The notes under the pieces are model-generated. The model ran no database searches and was not told the origin of the DNA. It was given only the letters and a program-made list of their open reading frames with translations. Made by a program: the position numbers and the translations under genes. 64,000 bases of DNA from contig OX597817.1 of NCBI GenBank assembly GCA_951406725.2, positions 161,572,001-161,636,000 on the forward strand, given 5' to 3'. Below are positions 25,188 through 38,814 of this stretch, piece after piece. Source of the DNA: Octopus vulgaris. Taxonomy: Eukaryota. The first letter of the stretch is position 1, and each line of letters starts with the position of its first letter.

Positions 25188-26129
25188 AATGTAACAATTG
25201 TATATATATATATATATATATACATATATATTTATATGTATGTGAGTGTATATATACGTCTTAGAATGTTTAAATACCATGTGAAAGATTTTGCCAACAT
25301 TGTAAGCAACGACAAATTATGTATATATATACCAGCAAAATGGCGGTGCCCCAGCATGGCCACAGCTCGTGAGCTGAAACTAGATAAAATATATGTGTAA
25401 AAGACATATATATATATATATATATATATATAAGTACCAGGGTCGATTCGTTCGACTAAAACTTTTCAAGCCGGTGCCCCAGCATGGCCGCAGTTTAATG
25501 GCTAAAACATAAAAGATATATATATATACATAAATATGTATAGAGAGACAGTATGTGTGAGTGCATAAATGTATATATATATATATACATATGAGCGTTA
25601 ATTATCTGTGAATTCCATATAATGTATATATATACATTTATATGTGAGTGTGTGTGTGTGTGTCTGTCTTTATAATGAATGTACTTTCTCTTCCCATCAC
25701 TCCCGTCTCCCACTCCGCTTGTGTGTTCGCCGCCGCGCGCGCGCGCGCATTATCTGGATATCTACTAACCTGCAGAATAAAAAAATAAAAAAAATCACAC
25801 AAACAAACAAACAAATAAAAAATTTTATTTCCTCCTCCTCCCCCCCCTCCACCGCCGTCTCCCCCCTTCTGAGGGGGAAGGGGATAGAGCGATCTAAAGC
25901 AGTTGTAGCCTATCCCCATCCGTCATTGGAGGAGCTCAAATAATTAACAATATAGGATTGTGGTCAAGAAGAACGAGCAATTAACATTGAATTAGCATAT
26001 CCATTCCCGTAACAAAAAAAAAAAAAAAAAAAATCACCCAAAACAAAGAAAGATTTAAGCGACGTGATCTCCGAATCCACCCTCACAAAGTTCTACAACC
26101 CCTGGTCTGTCCCACCTTGTCGTCTCTCA

Positions 26130-26130
26130 C

Positions 26131-26196
<66 letters not shown>

Positions 26197-26237
26197 GTCT
26201 ATCTATCTATCTTTCTATCTATCTATCTATCTATCTG

Positions 26238-26304
<67 letters not shown>

Positions 26305-26310
26305 GTCTGT
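26130..26310. repeat. (CTAT)n tetranucleotide microsatellite
   Basis: Read directly from sequence. Confidence 0.95.
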
Positions 26311-27486
26311 ATGTTGTTGTTCAGCCCACAGTCAGCTCTGGCCGAGCAGATCTATGATAAAAAAAATAAAAAAAACCCAAAACATTCCATCCATGGAATT
26401 TTTTCAGGGATTGTGTTATTCAAACTGTCTTCCAACGTGCGTGAAGCAGATTTGGCTATTATTTCTAGCATGCCGATCGACCACGTAAAGGTTTGGACAC
26501 GTCATCTCTCTACCGTACACCGCCTGAACTCAATGCACCCACTGTGTCTTAACCTCAACTTCTATATCCTCCCCCCACTAATGTCCCTCTTCGAAATTAC
26601 ATACAAAACGCTGTGTCCTCTTACCCCTCCTCTCTCCCCCAAACTGTAACCCTCTCTTCTCACTGGCTGAATAGTTAGACACAATCACCATCTTTCTTGT
26701 GGCTCTTTGGGTCCTGAGTTCAAACTGTACCAAAATCAACTTTGCCCTTCATCCCTCTGAGGTCAATAAAATACAGCAGCACTTGGTGGTATTGACTAAC
26801 CTCCTCTGCCTATCAAAATTACTGGCCTTGTACTTAAACCAAGAACCCTTAATCCTGGAGGAGTAGAAACAGTTAAGCACCTGACTAAATATCCTATTTC
26901 TTTACTACCCACAAGGGGCTAAGCACAGAGGGAACAAACAAGGACAAACAAAGGGATTAAGTCGATTATATCGATCCCAGTGCGTAACTGGTACTTCTTT
27001 AATCGACCCCGAAAGGATGAAAGGCAAAGTAGACATCGGCGGAATTTGAACTCAGAACGTAAAAACAGACGAAATACTGCTAAGCATTTCGCCGCCTTCC
27101 AGCTATAATAATTATTATTCAACTTAAGGTGGCGAGCTGGCGGAATCGTTAGCACACCGGGCGAAATTTGAACTCAGAACGTAGCAGCAGACGGAATACT
27201 GCTAAGCATTTCACCCGGCGTGCTAATGTTTCTGCCAGCTTGCTGCCTTACTAAATATCTACTACATTCAGATATAGCCATATGGTTAAAAAGTTTGCTT
27301 CTCCACTGCATGGTTTCAGGATCACTTCCTTTGTGTGGCACCTTGGGCAAGTGTCTTCAGCTATATAGACCCCGGCTGGCCACAAATCCTTGCGAGTGGA
27401 TTGGGCAAATTGAAAGAAGCCTTATTGTCATCGTCATCGTCATCATCATCATCATCATTTTAACAGCCACTTTTCCATGCTCACAT

Positions 27487-28276
27487 GGCGGCAAGCTGGC
27501 AGAAATGTCAGCATGCTGGGTGAAATGCTTAGCGGTATTTCGTCTGCCATTATGTTCTGAGTTCAAATTCTGCCGGGGTCGACTTTGCCTTTCATCCTTT
27601 CGGAGGTCGATAAATTAAGTACCAGTTACGCACTGGGTTCGATATAATCGACTTAATCCGTTTGTCTGTCCTTGTTTGTCCCCTCTATGTTCAGCCCCTT
27701 GTGGGTAATAAAGAAATAGGTATTTCGTCTGCCATTATGTTCTGAGTTCAAATTCTGCCGGGGTCGACTTTGCCTTTCATCCTTTCGGAGGTCGATAAAT
27801 TAAGTACCAGTTACGCACTGGGTTCGATATAATCGACTTAATCCGTTTGTCTGTCCTTGTTTGTCCCCTCTATGTTCAGCCCCTTGTGGGTAATAAAGAA
27901 ATAGGTATTTCGTCTGCCATTATGTTCTGAGTTCAAATTCTGCCGGGGTCGACTTTGCCTTTCATCCTTTCGGAGGTCGATAAATTAAGTACCAGTTACG
28001 CACTGGGTTCGATATAATCGACTTAATCCGTTTGTCTGTCCTTGTTTGTCCCCTCTATGTTCAGCCCCTTGTGGGTAATAAAGAAATAGGTATTTCGTCT
28101 GCCATTATGTTCTGAGTTCAAATTCTGCCGGGGTCGACTTTGCCTTTCATCCTTTCGGAGGTCGATAAATTAAGTACCAGTTACGCACTGGGTTCGATAT
28201 AATCGACTTAATCCGTTTGTCTGTCCTTGTTTGTCCTCTCTGTGTTTAGCCCCTTGTGGGTACTAAAGAAATAGGT
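27487..28276 (+). repeat. SINE family C head followed by 4 x 185-bp tandem body+tail units
   Basis: Units start at 27534, 27719, 27904 and 28089; first three appear identical. Confidence 0.92.
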
Positions 28277-28544
28277 GCCACATAAAAAGCACCCTGTACA
28301 CTCAGTAAAGTGGTTGGCATTAGGAAAGGCATGCAGCCATAGAAACAAAGTAAGAAGATACAATAGAGCCTGGTGCAGTCCCTGGTCTTGCCAGCTCCTG
28401 TCAAACTATCCAAGCGATGCCAGATGATGTAATTGACTAGTCCCCTCCTCCCAAATTTCCAGCCTTGTCCCTTTAGTAGAAAGGATTATTATTATTATTA
28501 TCATCATTATTATTACTATTATTATTATTATTATTATTATTATT

Positions 28545-29101
28545 GAGTGAGAGAGCAGCGCATGCCATCAAAGTGACACTGGGGTAAAATATACGAAGCC
28601 CAGTATACCCATCATGACTACCCTTCTGATAAGGGTACACTAGGCACATGCATCACAACCTTATGTGCGCGAAAGGGTGATCTCATATCAAGATAAATAG
28701 CGCATCACCTTGCAGGTGGGGCCCAGTTAGAATTTTCTTCTGGTCGAGTAACCAATCCCGCTCAAAAGGTCCCAGAATAAGGGTTGTTTAAGGATGTTGA
28801 ACGAAACACCCATGTTTCCAGAGGTGAATTATTCAAACCCCAAAGAACCCCTCTCAACACATGGCTATGATGCTCCCCCGCTACTTCTGCTCATGATCAG
28901 GGATGCTCATATCGTCAGCTACTAAGGGACCTGCTCAACTGGTTAAGGTCAAACAACTGACAAGCAAATCTGTGGTATTGAGCAGAATATTTGCTGTAGC
29001 CCATCTTTTATACCAAGACAAAACAATGTACATGATAACACTTCCAATCAGTTGAGATCAGAAGCCATGAGAGCCACTGTCTGGTACTGCATCAGGGCAT
29101 T
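28545..29101. mobile_element. Unclassified ~555-bp insertion within an (ATT)n microsatellite
   Basis: Complex sequence flanked on both sides by (ATT)n. Confidence 0.45.
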
Positions 29102-29367
29102 TATTATTATTATTATTATTATCATTATTATTATTATTATTAAAACGATGAGCTGGCAGAATCGTTATCATGCCTGATGAAATGCTTTGCGGTCATTTGT
29201 CAATCTTTACATTCTGAGTTCAGATGCTACTGGGGTCGACTTTGCCTTTCATCTTTTCAGGGTCGATAAATTAAGTATCAATCAGTGGGGTCAATGTAAT
29301 CGACTAGCCCCCTCCCACCAAATTTCAGGCCTTGTGCCTATAGTAGAAAGAATTATTACTATTGTTG

Positions 29368-29416
<49 letters not shown>

Positions 29417-29789
29417 GATAGCAAGCTGGTAGAATTGTTAGCATGCCGGACAAAATGCTTAATGGCATTTCATCTTTCATTATGTTCTGAAAACTAATGC
29501 CAACCTCTCTACAGAATGCAGTGGGTGCTTTTAACGTGGGGCCAGCATAAGTACTTTTTAATGTGGCACTGGTATGGTTGCTTCTCACATAGCATTAGCG
29601 CAGGTGTTTTTTCATGTGGCACAAGTACAGATACTTTTTATGTGGCTTCGGCACATAGAGAGAAATATGCTCACGCACATGAATAGAGAAAGAGAGGGGG
29701 AGAGAGAGAGTGAAAGGGAGAGGGAGAGAACAAGAGGAACATTAAAAAGTCAGATGTCAAATAAGTCAGCATCAAATCAACAGCACCGA

Positions 29790-29990
29790 AACAGCTGTAG
29801 CAAAATGTCTCAGATCTTCCACTTGTACCATCTTTGTTGTCTTTCTCCTGGCACCACAAGAACTTGCACTAATCACAACACACAGTCCTTCCTTTCCAGA
29901 ATATTTGTTCTCTGGAATTTTCTTTCTGCTAATATTTTCCTTGCAGGTGTTTCCTTAGGAAGATTCTTTGTGAATGGCTTCAAACTCAGC
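29790..29990 (+). mobile_element. Degraded Jockey/CR1-group LINE 3' end
   Basis: RTCTNHNTQSFLSRIFVLWNFLSANIF resembles the SFFPRT..LWNSLP..VF ORF2 C-terminus. Confidence 0.5.
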
Positions 29991-30529
29991 TGCTTAGTAA
30001 GGCCTCTGATTGGCATGAGCACTGCTCTTTCTTAAAACATGGTGGTGAAGAAGTTTGCTACCTTTGTTTTGGGTTCAGTCCCACAGTGTTGTATCTTGGG
30101 TATGCAACTTTTACTATAGCTCCAGGCTGGCCAAAGCCTTGTGAGGGACTTGGTTGATGGAAACTGAAAGAAGCCTGTTATGTGTGTGTGTACATGCGCG
30201 TGCATGTGTGCATGTATATTTATATATATGTACACGTGTGTTTGTATAATTGTGTGTGAATTTGTGTCTCCTCGTCTTGACATCACACAATAGTTACTCT
30301 TTTACTTGTTTCAGTCATTTGACTGTGGCCATGCTGGAGCACCGCCTTTAGTCAAGCAAATCGACCCCAGGACTTATTCTTTGTAAGCCTAGTACTTATT
30401 CTATCTGTGTCTTTTGCTGAACTGCTAAGTTACAGGGGATGTAAACACACCAGCATCGGTTGTCAAGCAATGTTGCGGGGACAAACACATACACACAAAC
30501 ATATACACACACATACATATATATACATA

Positions 30530-30913
30530 CTAGCAGTATCGCCCGGTGTTGCTCAGGTTTGTAAGGGAAATAACTATAAAGCATTTTTAGAGAGTTATAG
30601 CCAAAAAATAGCAAAGAAATGGAAAAAAAATGATGGTAAATTGTTTTTGAGAGTTAAAAAAGGTGGAGTTGCGTCCCCTAGACGGTCTGTGGTTTGGGTT
30701 TCTGATTCTCGACCCCATGTCGAATTTATCGATTTTTTTCAGAACTGGGGGAACTTTTCAAAATTTTCGCTGCGTTAGTTTTGAATTATGACATTGGGCT
30801 ATGTGTGTGTCAAGTTTCATCAGAATCGGTTGAAAGCCGTGGTCAGACTGAGGGTACGAGAAAACAGACACACAGAAAACGCACAGACAAACTGCCGTTT
30901 ATATAGAGAGAGA
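30530..30913 (-). mobile_element. Non-autonomous Helitron nested in a family A SINE
   Basis: Minus strand 5'-TC...CTAG-3' inserted between A and T; degenerate subterminal GC hairpin (~30542-30558); no TSD. Confidence 0.7.
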
Positions 30914-31935
30914 TATACGACGGGCTTCTTTCAGTTTCCGTCTGCCAAATCCACTCACAAGGCTTTGGTCAGCCCGAGGCTATAGTAGAAGATACTTGCC
31001 TAAGGTGCCACGCAGTGGGACTGAACCCGGAACCGTGTGGTTCGTAAGCAAGCTACTTACCACACAGCCACTCCTACTCCTATAGTGTAAACAAGTTGTA
31101 AACAAGTATCATTGTCATACAAGCAGTGTGATTCGTTCTCATTTTTCTGTGAAAACATGTCTGGCCATGGGGGAAATATGACTTTGACTGAAAACCGTTG
31201 AGGGTTGGTGATTAGCATCTAACCATAGAGAATCTGCCTCAAATACATATGAACCATGCAAGTATGCAAAAGTAGAGGTCAAAATGCTGCTGCAGCTGGT
31301 GATGATGATGATGATGATGATGATGAATAAAATTAAAACTTCTTGTTTTAAAATGAGAAGATTTGACTGCTATGTTTAGCAGCTAAATGTTTTCAAAAGA
31401 GAGCTTCCAATTTTCAGGACTTTATTGATAGAGACTCGATAATACATTTTTGCCAAAATTGAATCAAAACAGATCAAATGTTAAGAAAAAGGAGAAAAAA
31501 TGCTTCTGCATTATTTAGGCATAAGAGTGGCTGTGTGTTAAGAAGTTTGCTTTCCAACGACATGGTTCCAGGTTCAGTCCTGCTATGAAGCACATCAGGC
31601 AAGTGTCTTCTACTATACCAAAGTTATGTGAGTGGATTTGGCAGATGGAAACTGAAAGAAACCCATCGCGTGTATGTGTGTGTGTGTGTGTGTGTATGTG
31701 TCTATGTGTGTCTATGTGTTTGTCCCCTATCACTGCTTGACAACCAGTGTTCATGAGTTTGTGTCCCTGAGACCGATAGAAAAAGTATCAGTTTTAAAAA
31801 AAAAGTTACAGGGGTGTTTCATTCAACTAAAATTCCTCAAGGTGGTGCCCCAGCATGGCCACAGTCTAATGACCAAAACAAATAAAAGATTAGAAATTCA
31901 AAAGAAAAAAAAAGATTAGATTTTATGGTCGCCGT

Positions 31936-32121
31936 TTAATACAACAACCCAAGGGAGTTTGTTGCTCCGTCGAGGATTATCCACTTAAACTCCACAGTAC
32001 GGTCGATTCCCCGTTGACTCAACCAATCCCCTGTTTTATAGACAGTAGGGAGTTTATTGAACAAAACTGGGTCTGAAACACTGAGCAAGTTGAACGACCA
32101 TGTAGGAGCAAATTCATTGAC
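31936..32121 (-). CDS. Candidate terminal exon of an unidentified gene
   Basis: aacag|GTC AAT...TAA; 61 codons VNEFAPTWSFNLL...KWIILDGATNSLGLLY*; unique, CpG-containing sequence among repeats. Confidence 0.4.
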   Translation of the reverse strand, partial: VNEFAPTWSFNLLSVSDPVLFNKLPTVYKTGDWLSQRGIDRTVEFKWIILDGATNSLGLLY

Positions 32122-32594
32122 CTGTTCATTGAAGGTTTTAAATAAAGAGAAATACCCAATAAAGTCAACATTTATCATCTTATTGTTCTTTTGTCTCTTG
32201 ATTGATTTTTATAGTGTTTTTGCAAGTTTCTTTCTTTCTTTTTTTTTTTTAATTTGTTGTATTTATATATTTGTTTGTCTGTCTGTGTGTGTGTTTGTTT
32301 CACATTAGTCTTTCCAGTTGTACTTTATGAAGATATTGATTTCCACACACTGAATCAATACGGGTTGTATATTTTCTATTATGTGTGCGTCTGTCGTGTG
32401 TTTGTATATGTGTACAACATTAATAATATGTGTGACTGTGTGTGTGTGCGTGTGTGTTTGTGTGTGTGTTTGTGTGTGTGTATGTGTGTGTGTGTATGTG
32501 TATGTAGTTATATACACAATGCATAAGTTTATACTTACATATACATGCATAATCTATGCAATCACGTGTGTGCCTATGTGCATGGCTTGTGTGT

Positions 32595-32635
<41 letters not shown>

Positions 32636-33502
32636 TCTATGTGCATGGTTTGTTTGTGTGTGTGTGTGTATGCATATTTCTGAGTGTATCTGGTCATATA
32701 TTATTATTCACAAAACAAAAGTTTATACATACATGCATATATACATTCATATATATATATATGTGTGTATGTGTGTGTGACCTTGCATATACAGCACATG
32801 TAGTCATATGTATGTACATGTGTGTGTGCATGGGTGTGTGTGTGTATGTGTGTGTATTTGTGTGTATATGTATGTGTATACCAAATTCAGTTTCAATGAT
32901 AACGATATTATTTCAGTTGTTTGACCAACCAAACTGTTTATTCATTGAAGTCTAACCAAAGTGGTTGAGTATTCCATGGACAGTTGTACCCATCATGCAA
33001 TTCTCAGAAGTGGTATGTTACAGTGCCATCAAGGCTGGCTCTTAAAATTACAAGTACAGTCCATTCAATTGACCTTCACCCAGTTTCCATCTTCTTAGTA
33101 TCACTTACAGAGTTTGGACCAACCCAAGGTCATGATAAATGCCCTTTGTATAAGATATCACACAGTAGGATCTTTGCTGGAATATCATAATTACAGAACT
33201 TTTTCTTAATAATCCAGCATTGCCTGAATCTATGTATCTTGCATTCATTTATTCTTTTATTTGTTTCAGTCATTTGACTGCGGCCATGCTGGGGCACCAC
33301 CTTTAGTCGAGCATTGTTTATGTATTTCAGTTATTGGACTGCAGCCATGCTGGGGCACCATCTTGAAGAGTTCTGTCGAACAGATAGACCCTAGTACTTG
33401 CTTTGTAAGTCTGGAAATCATTTTATCGTTCTTTCTTTGCTGAATTGCTAGGTTATGGAGATGTAGACAAATCAATACCAGTTGTCAGGCAGATGGTGGA
33501 GA

Positions 33503-33538
<36 letters not shown>

Positions 33539-33839
33539 TACACACATATGTACACACATACAAACATATATGCATGCATACAAACATACATATATGAGCG
33601 TGGCCACGCATGCACATACACAAATTCACATATACACACCCCTACATACAAACATACATACCTACATACATGCATACATACATACACACATACATACATA
33701 CATACATACATACATACATACATACATGAATACAAACATGCATACATATATACATACCTAAATTTATTCATACATACATACATGCATGCATTCATATATA
33801 TATATATATATGTGTATGTGTGTGTGAGTGTGCATTCAC

Positions 33840-34007
33840 AGAGCATTGAGCAGCAGTCCTGGCATCGGTATTTTGGTACCCAGTGTGAATCAACATGATA
33901 CAAGTAACTCTTTTCCAATATTTAAAGGCATTCCAGTTTTCCATGTCAGCTAATTTTTTCTCAACTACAGCTTTAATGTTTATGTTTTCCAACACCATCG
34001 ATTGTTC
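33840..34007 (-). CDS. Candidate internal exon of an unidentified gene
   Basis: Strong acceptor (poly-T)cag|, 168 nt open in only one frame (EQSMVLENINIK...YWKRVTCIMLIHTGYQNTDARTAAQCS), donor |gtgaat; phase 0/0. Confidence 0.45.
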
Positions 34008-34257
34008 CTGAAAAAAGGACATTACAAAAATAATCAAATTTGGGCCAAACATCCTGTAAGTACATGTGTTTAAGAAGCTTACTTTGTAACCATGTGATTT
34101 GGGGTTTAAGCATTTGGGCTTAAGCTGACCAATGCCTTGAGAACTTTTGTTGATGGAAACCACAGAAAGCACTTGGCCAAAATACCACACAATGTAACTG
34201 AACCCAAAACCATGTTGATACAAAGCAAACAACTTAACCACACTGTCATTACTGTAC

Positions 34258-34315
<58 letters not shown>

Positions 34316-34359
34316 ATAAAAATATATATCTATAAAAATACTATATATATATATATCTA

Positions 34360-34405
<46 letters not shown>

Positions 34406-36940
34406 AATATATATATCTATAAAAATACTATATTATGAAGGCACATGTCTTAGAGATTGGCTCACAGTTTTGATATTGTGAGTTCAGTTCTTGATGGAAC
34501 ATTGTGTCCCTGAGCAAGACACTTTATTTCACTTTACTACAGTCCACTCAGCTGGCAAAAATTAATCATGTCTGTAATTCAAAGGACCGGCCTTGTCATA
34601 TTCTGTATCGCACTGACTCTCCCTGTGAATTACATTAAGGGTATGCATGTTTGTGGGGTGCTCAACCATTTGCACATTAATTTCACGAGCAGGCTGTTCC
34701 ATTGATCGGATCAACTGGAACCCCCCCCCCATTGTCATAACCACCAGAGTGCCAGTTATCATATTTACATATGCCATCAGTATTTGAATGTTTTTTTACA
34801 CAACTGTTATCTCAATATATGTAGTTACTATTTGAATATATTTTGCAATATCTGTACATTTGATTGGTATTTGAATATGTTTTACATTACTCTTCAGTAT
34901 TTTAATATATTTTGCGCAAGTAACTATTATATTTACATCTGTAGTCAGTATTTGAATATATTTTGCTTTACTAACTGTTGTATTTACATATGTTGTCAAT
35001 ATTTGAATTTATTTTACACTAGTAACTGTTAGAGCTATACATGTGGAAACTATTTGGTTGTGTTTTGTACTAATATCAATTATAAATACAGTATTTGAAA
35101 GAAATTCAGTCATCATATAAAGTATTGCCTGAAAGTATTGTTTTTGTATTTAATATTTTTCTAGATTCTCATTTTGTAACCTCAGGTTCGGTTCCACTGC
35201 ATAGCACCTTTGCTGTCTTCACTAAAGTTCCGAGGGCTGACCGCTGCCTTGAGTTTTATCTTTTATCTTTTACTTTTTTCAGTCATTAGATCCTGGCCTT
35301 GCTGGAAGAATTTTTTATATATACAAATTTTTGTGAATATACAAACTTTTAGTTGAATTAATTGACTCCAATACTTAATTTTTTTTTAAAGCTGGTACTT
35401 AGTCTATTAGTCTCTTTTGATGAACTGCTAAGTTATGGAGATGTAAACACACCAAGTAATAGTGGGGGACAAAAAACACAAAGACACACACACACAAAAT
35501 ACAACGGGCTTTTTGAGTTTCTGTCTACCAAATCTACTCAAAAGGCTTTGGTTGGCTTAAGGCAATAGTAGAAGACAATTGCCCAAGGTGCTGCACAGTG
35601 GGACTGAACCCGGAACCATGTGATTGGGAAGTAAACTTCTTAGCACCACAGCCACGCCAATGTGTGAATTCATTTGAGAGAAACTGCACAAAGCCCATTT
35701 GTATAAATGTATCACCATCAGCAATTATATTTTCATGTCTACCTTTTCCATGGTCAACTGGAATTCATCGAGGCAGATTTTCTATGGTGGTATACTCTCT
35801 CTGTCAGCAACTCTCAGCTGTTTCCAATCTAGGTCATATTTCCACATGGCCGGATATATTTTCATGGAAGATTGAAAATGAACAACACCTCTTGTGTGAT
35901 GGCGATGCTTGTTTATAACTACTGTGTGAAATCAAGACAATGAGACACAATAAACATACACACACACAACGAATTTAGGAAAAGGTCACAGTCATGTTGT
36001 GGAGGCATGTGGCTTAGTGGTTAGGGTGTGGGACTCATGATTGTAAGATTGTGGTTTCGATTCTGGACTAGGTGACGCTTTGTGTTTTTGAGCAAATTAC
36101 TTCGTTTCATGTTGCTCCAGTCGACTCATCTAGTACAAATGAGTAATCTTGCAACAGACTGGCATCTTATTCAGGCGGGGGATATATATGCCATGAAACC
36201 CTGAAACTGACCCCTATCAATTGGTATGACATGAAAAGGTAACTTTACCTTACTTTACTAACAATCAAGTTAATTAAATTTAGTACTTAAATGATATTTA
36301 CTACTTATTCCATTAACCTAGAAAAATGAAAAACAAAAGTCAGCCCTAGTGGGATTTGAACTCTGGACTCAAAAGGAGAGACCTAAGTATTGTGCGGCCT
36401 CTAATCTCCTATGCTACTGCTGTTCTGTCACAGTACCACCTTAATAATATTAATAGCACTTACTGTTCATAAATCTAATCGAATTTGTTTCATTAATAAT
36501 GTTAGATGTGTTAATGTATTGTGACTTGTTTAAGGTTTTAACACATTATTCATAATACTAATATTGTTAGTTGTGTTGATGTATTCATATAGAGTGGAGT
36601 GTCTTGTTTAAGGTTCAACATTTACAACATTCATAATAATAATAGTTTTAGAAATGTTAGTGTATCCATATAAAATGATGAATAGCAAACCTAAAGAAAA
36701 CAAGACTTCCTGCGTGATTTAGTTTGGAAGTTTTCCTGATGTCAAAGGTTGCATGTCATGCTGGCTGTGTGGTCAATTTGAACAAATAGTAGTGTCTTTA
36801 TGACAACCATATTTATTTTTGTGGCAGCTAAATTTGGCAGGTTTAAATGACAGAATTGTTAGCTGGTAAGCATTACCTTTGATAAACAATGGAGAGTTGG
36901 GATAAGAGAGTGGATTGGTGTCTTTATCATATTTTGTGGG

Positions 36941-37234
36941 TTTTGTTTGTTCTTTCTCGAGCCAAGCATGGCTCATAAGGGCCAGTTTCCCAGTTTCCTT
37001 GACGTATAGGTTCCCCACCTGGACAGGACGCTGGTCTGTTGCAGGTGAGCTGCAAGATGCAGGAGGAAAGAGTGAGAGAAAGTTGTGGTGAAAGAGTCAG
37101 CAGAAGTTCACCATTACCTTCTGCCGGAGCCACATGGAGCTTAGGTGTTGCTCATAAACACACACATCGCCCGGTCTGAGTTTCGAACCTGCGATCCCTT
37201 GACCGCGAGTCCGCTGCTCTGACCACTAGGCCAT
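36941..37234 (-). mobile_element. Family B SINE with TSD
   Basis: 13-bp TSD CATATTTTGTGGG at 36928-36940 and 37232-37244. Confidence 0.9.
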
Positions 37235-37269
37235 ATTTTGTGGGTAAGCATTTTATTTTAGATTTCTTC

Positions 37270-37705
37270 AGCTGAGTTGTTGGATTAGATGCTGTATCAT
37301 TTGGAACCTGAAGATACTGGTGCAGTAAAGAGGAGGGCTATAAGTTCCATCGCTGAAACTGCAGTGAAAGGCATTAAGTGACTTTGGATAAAGAGGGCAG
37401 ACCAGAGATTTGCTAGTACTAGGATGCAAGCCAGGACCTGATCAACTCTGGTTGAGTCAACTGCGTGAGGGCTTCTGATGCTGAAAGACGTAAAATACCC
37501 TGAAACCTCAGAAACATCATTGACAATGCATCCCATATTAAAAATATTAGCACCAGTAGAAAGCTCTTTCAAATGCAGTCACTGTATACATGACTGCCAC
37601 TCCCATGTGGGCCTCTACCGCTACAGCAGATGCTACACCGCCATCAGCAGCTGACACTTTCTTCAGGCGCAGATCCATGGTCTTGAGACCGACGAGCGCT
37701 TATTA
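37270..37705 (+). mobile_element. Degraded 3' end of a second RTE-type LINE
   Basis: FKCSHCIHDCHSHVGL zinc-finger-like C-terminus followed by a short 3' UTR. Confidence 0.55.
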
Positions 37706-37759
37706 TCTCTTCTAGCAGACTTTTGCTTCCTGTCTCTTGTGTGTCTTTCACTTTATTTT

Positions 37760-38210
37760 GAGCTTAAGTGTCCCCTAATATAGCTCTAGGGTGACTAATG
37801 CCTAGAGAATTCTTGTAGATGGAAACCACTATTATGGAGTGTTGGCCATTAATGACTTTTCTCCACTGTACTTGTCTCTGGGCTGTTTTTTCTGCTTCTT
37901 TCAGCTGGATCTCTGTTTCCTTGCAGCTTTCTTTTTGGTAGGGTTGCACTGCATCATATGTTTCCTCGAGGGAAAGCCTTCATCTCCCTGGCTTTGGTTT
38001 TGAATTGTCATCAATGGTTTTGTAACTTCACTTTTTTCTTGGTAAACCAAATTTTACTTCAGGAAAGAAGTGATCCATATTAGTCTGGCCTATATTCTTT
38101 GATCTGTCTAACATGGGAGACCCTACTAAGCTCTTGTGTTCCACCAGCATAGCTCTTAATGTAACTGTGACACACAAACCACTACACTGAAACAAGGACA
38201 AACCCTAGTG
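37760..38210 (-). mobile_element. Internally deleted RTE-type element (leader plus ORF end)
   Basis: Leader related to 23695-23890, followed by an AEKTAQRQVQWRKVI-type C-terminal remnant. Confidence 0.45.
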
Positions 38211-38814
38211 GTGGAACCTTATGTTTGGTAAATAATTATTCTTCACATAGGTACAAGGTCAAAAAAGGTGGGAATTAGCAGAATTGCTAGAATATATGAT
38301 AGAATGTCTTCTGGTATTTCTTCTGATTCTCTGTGACCAGAGTTCAGATCCCACAGAGATAAACTTAGCCTTTCATTCTTCCAGGAGACAATGTCATTAC
38401 ATAAATACCAGTTCAGTATTAGAGGTTGTGAAGGCGCATGGCTCAGTGGTTAGAGCATCAAGCTTACCATCGTGAGATTGTGAGCTCGAATCCCAGACCA
38501 GGCTGTGTGTTGTGTTCTTGAGCAAGACACTTTATTTCACATTGCTCCAGTTCACTCAGCTGTAGAAATGAGTTGCAACATCATTGGTGCCATGCTGTAT
38601 CGGCCATTGCCTTTCCCTTGGATAACACTGGTGGCATGGAGAAGGGAGGCCAGTATGCATGGGTGACTGCTGGTCTTCCATAAACAACTTTGCCCGGACT
38701 TGTGCCTGGGAGGGTAACTTTCTCGGTGCAATCCCATGGTCTGTGTTGTGACCGAAGGAAGTCTCAGATTAGAAGTTGTTCTTTCTCCATGTTTTTCTCT
38801 GGATTGTACATGTG

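Noticed and set aside
29040-29100. Patchy resemblance to U2 snRNA
   Set aside because: Only two short words match; no branch-point recognition sequence or Sm site
31960-31990. KWIILDG resembling a dynein AAA2 Walker B motif
   Set aside because: The following residues do not match (no W..N..LDDN) and the frame stops 10 codons later
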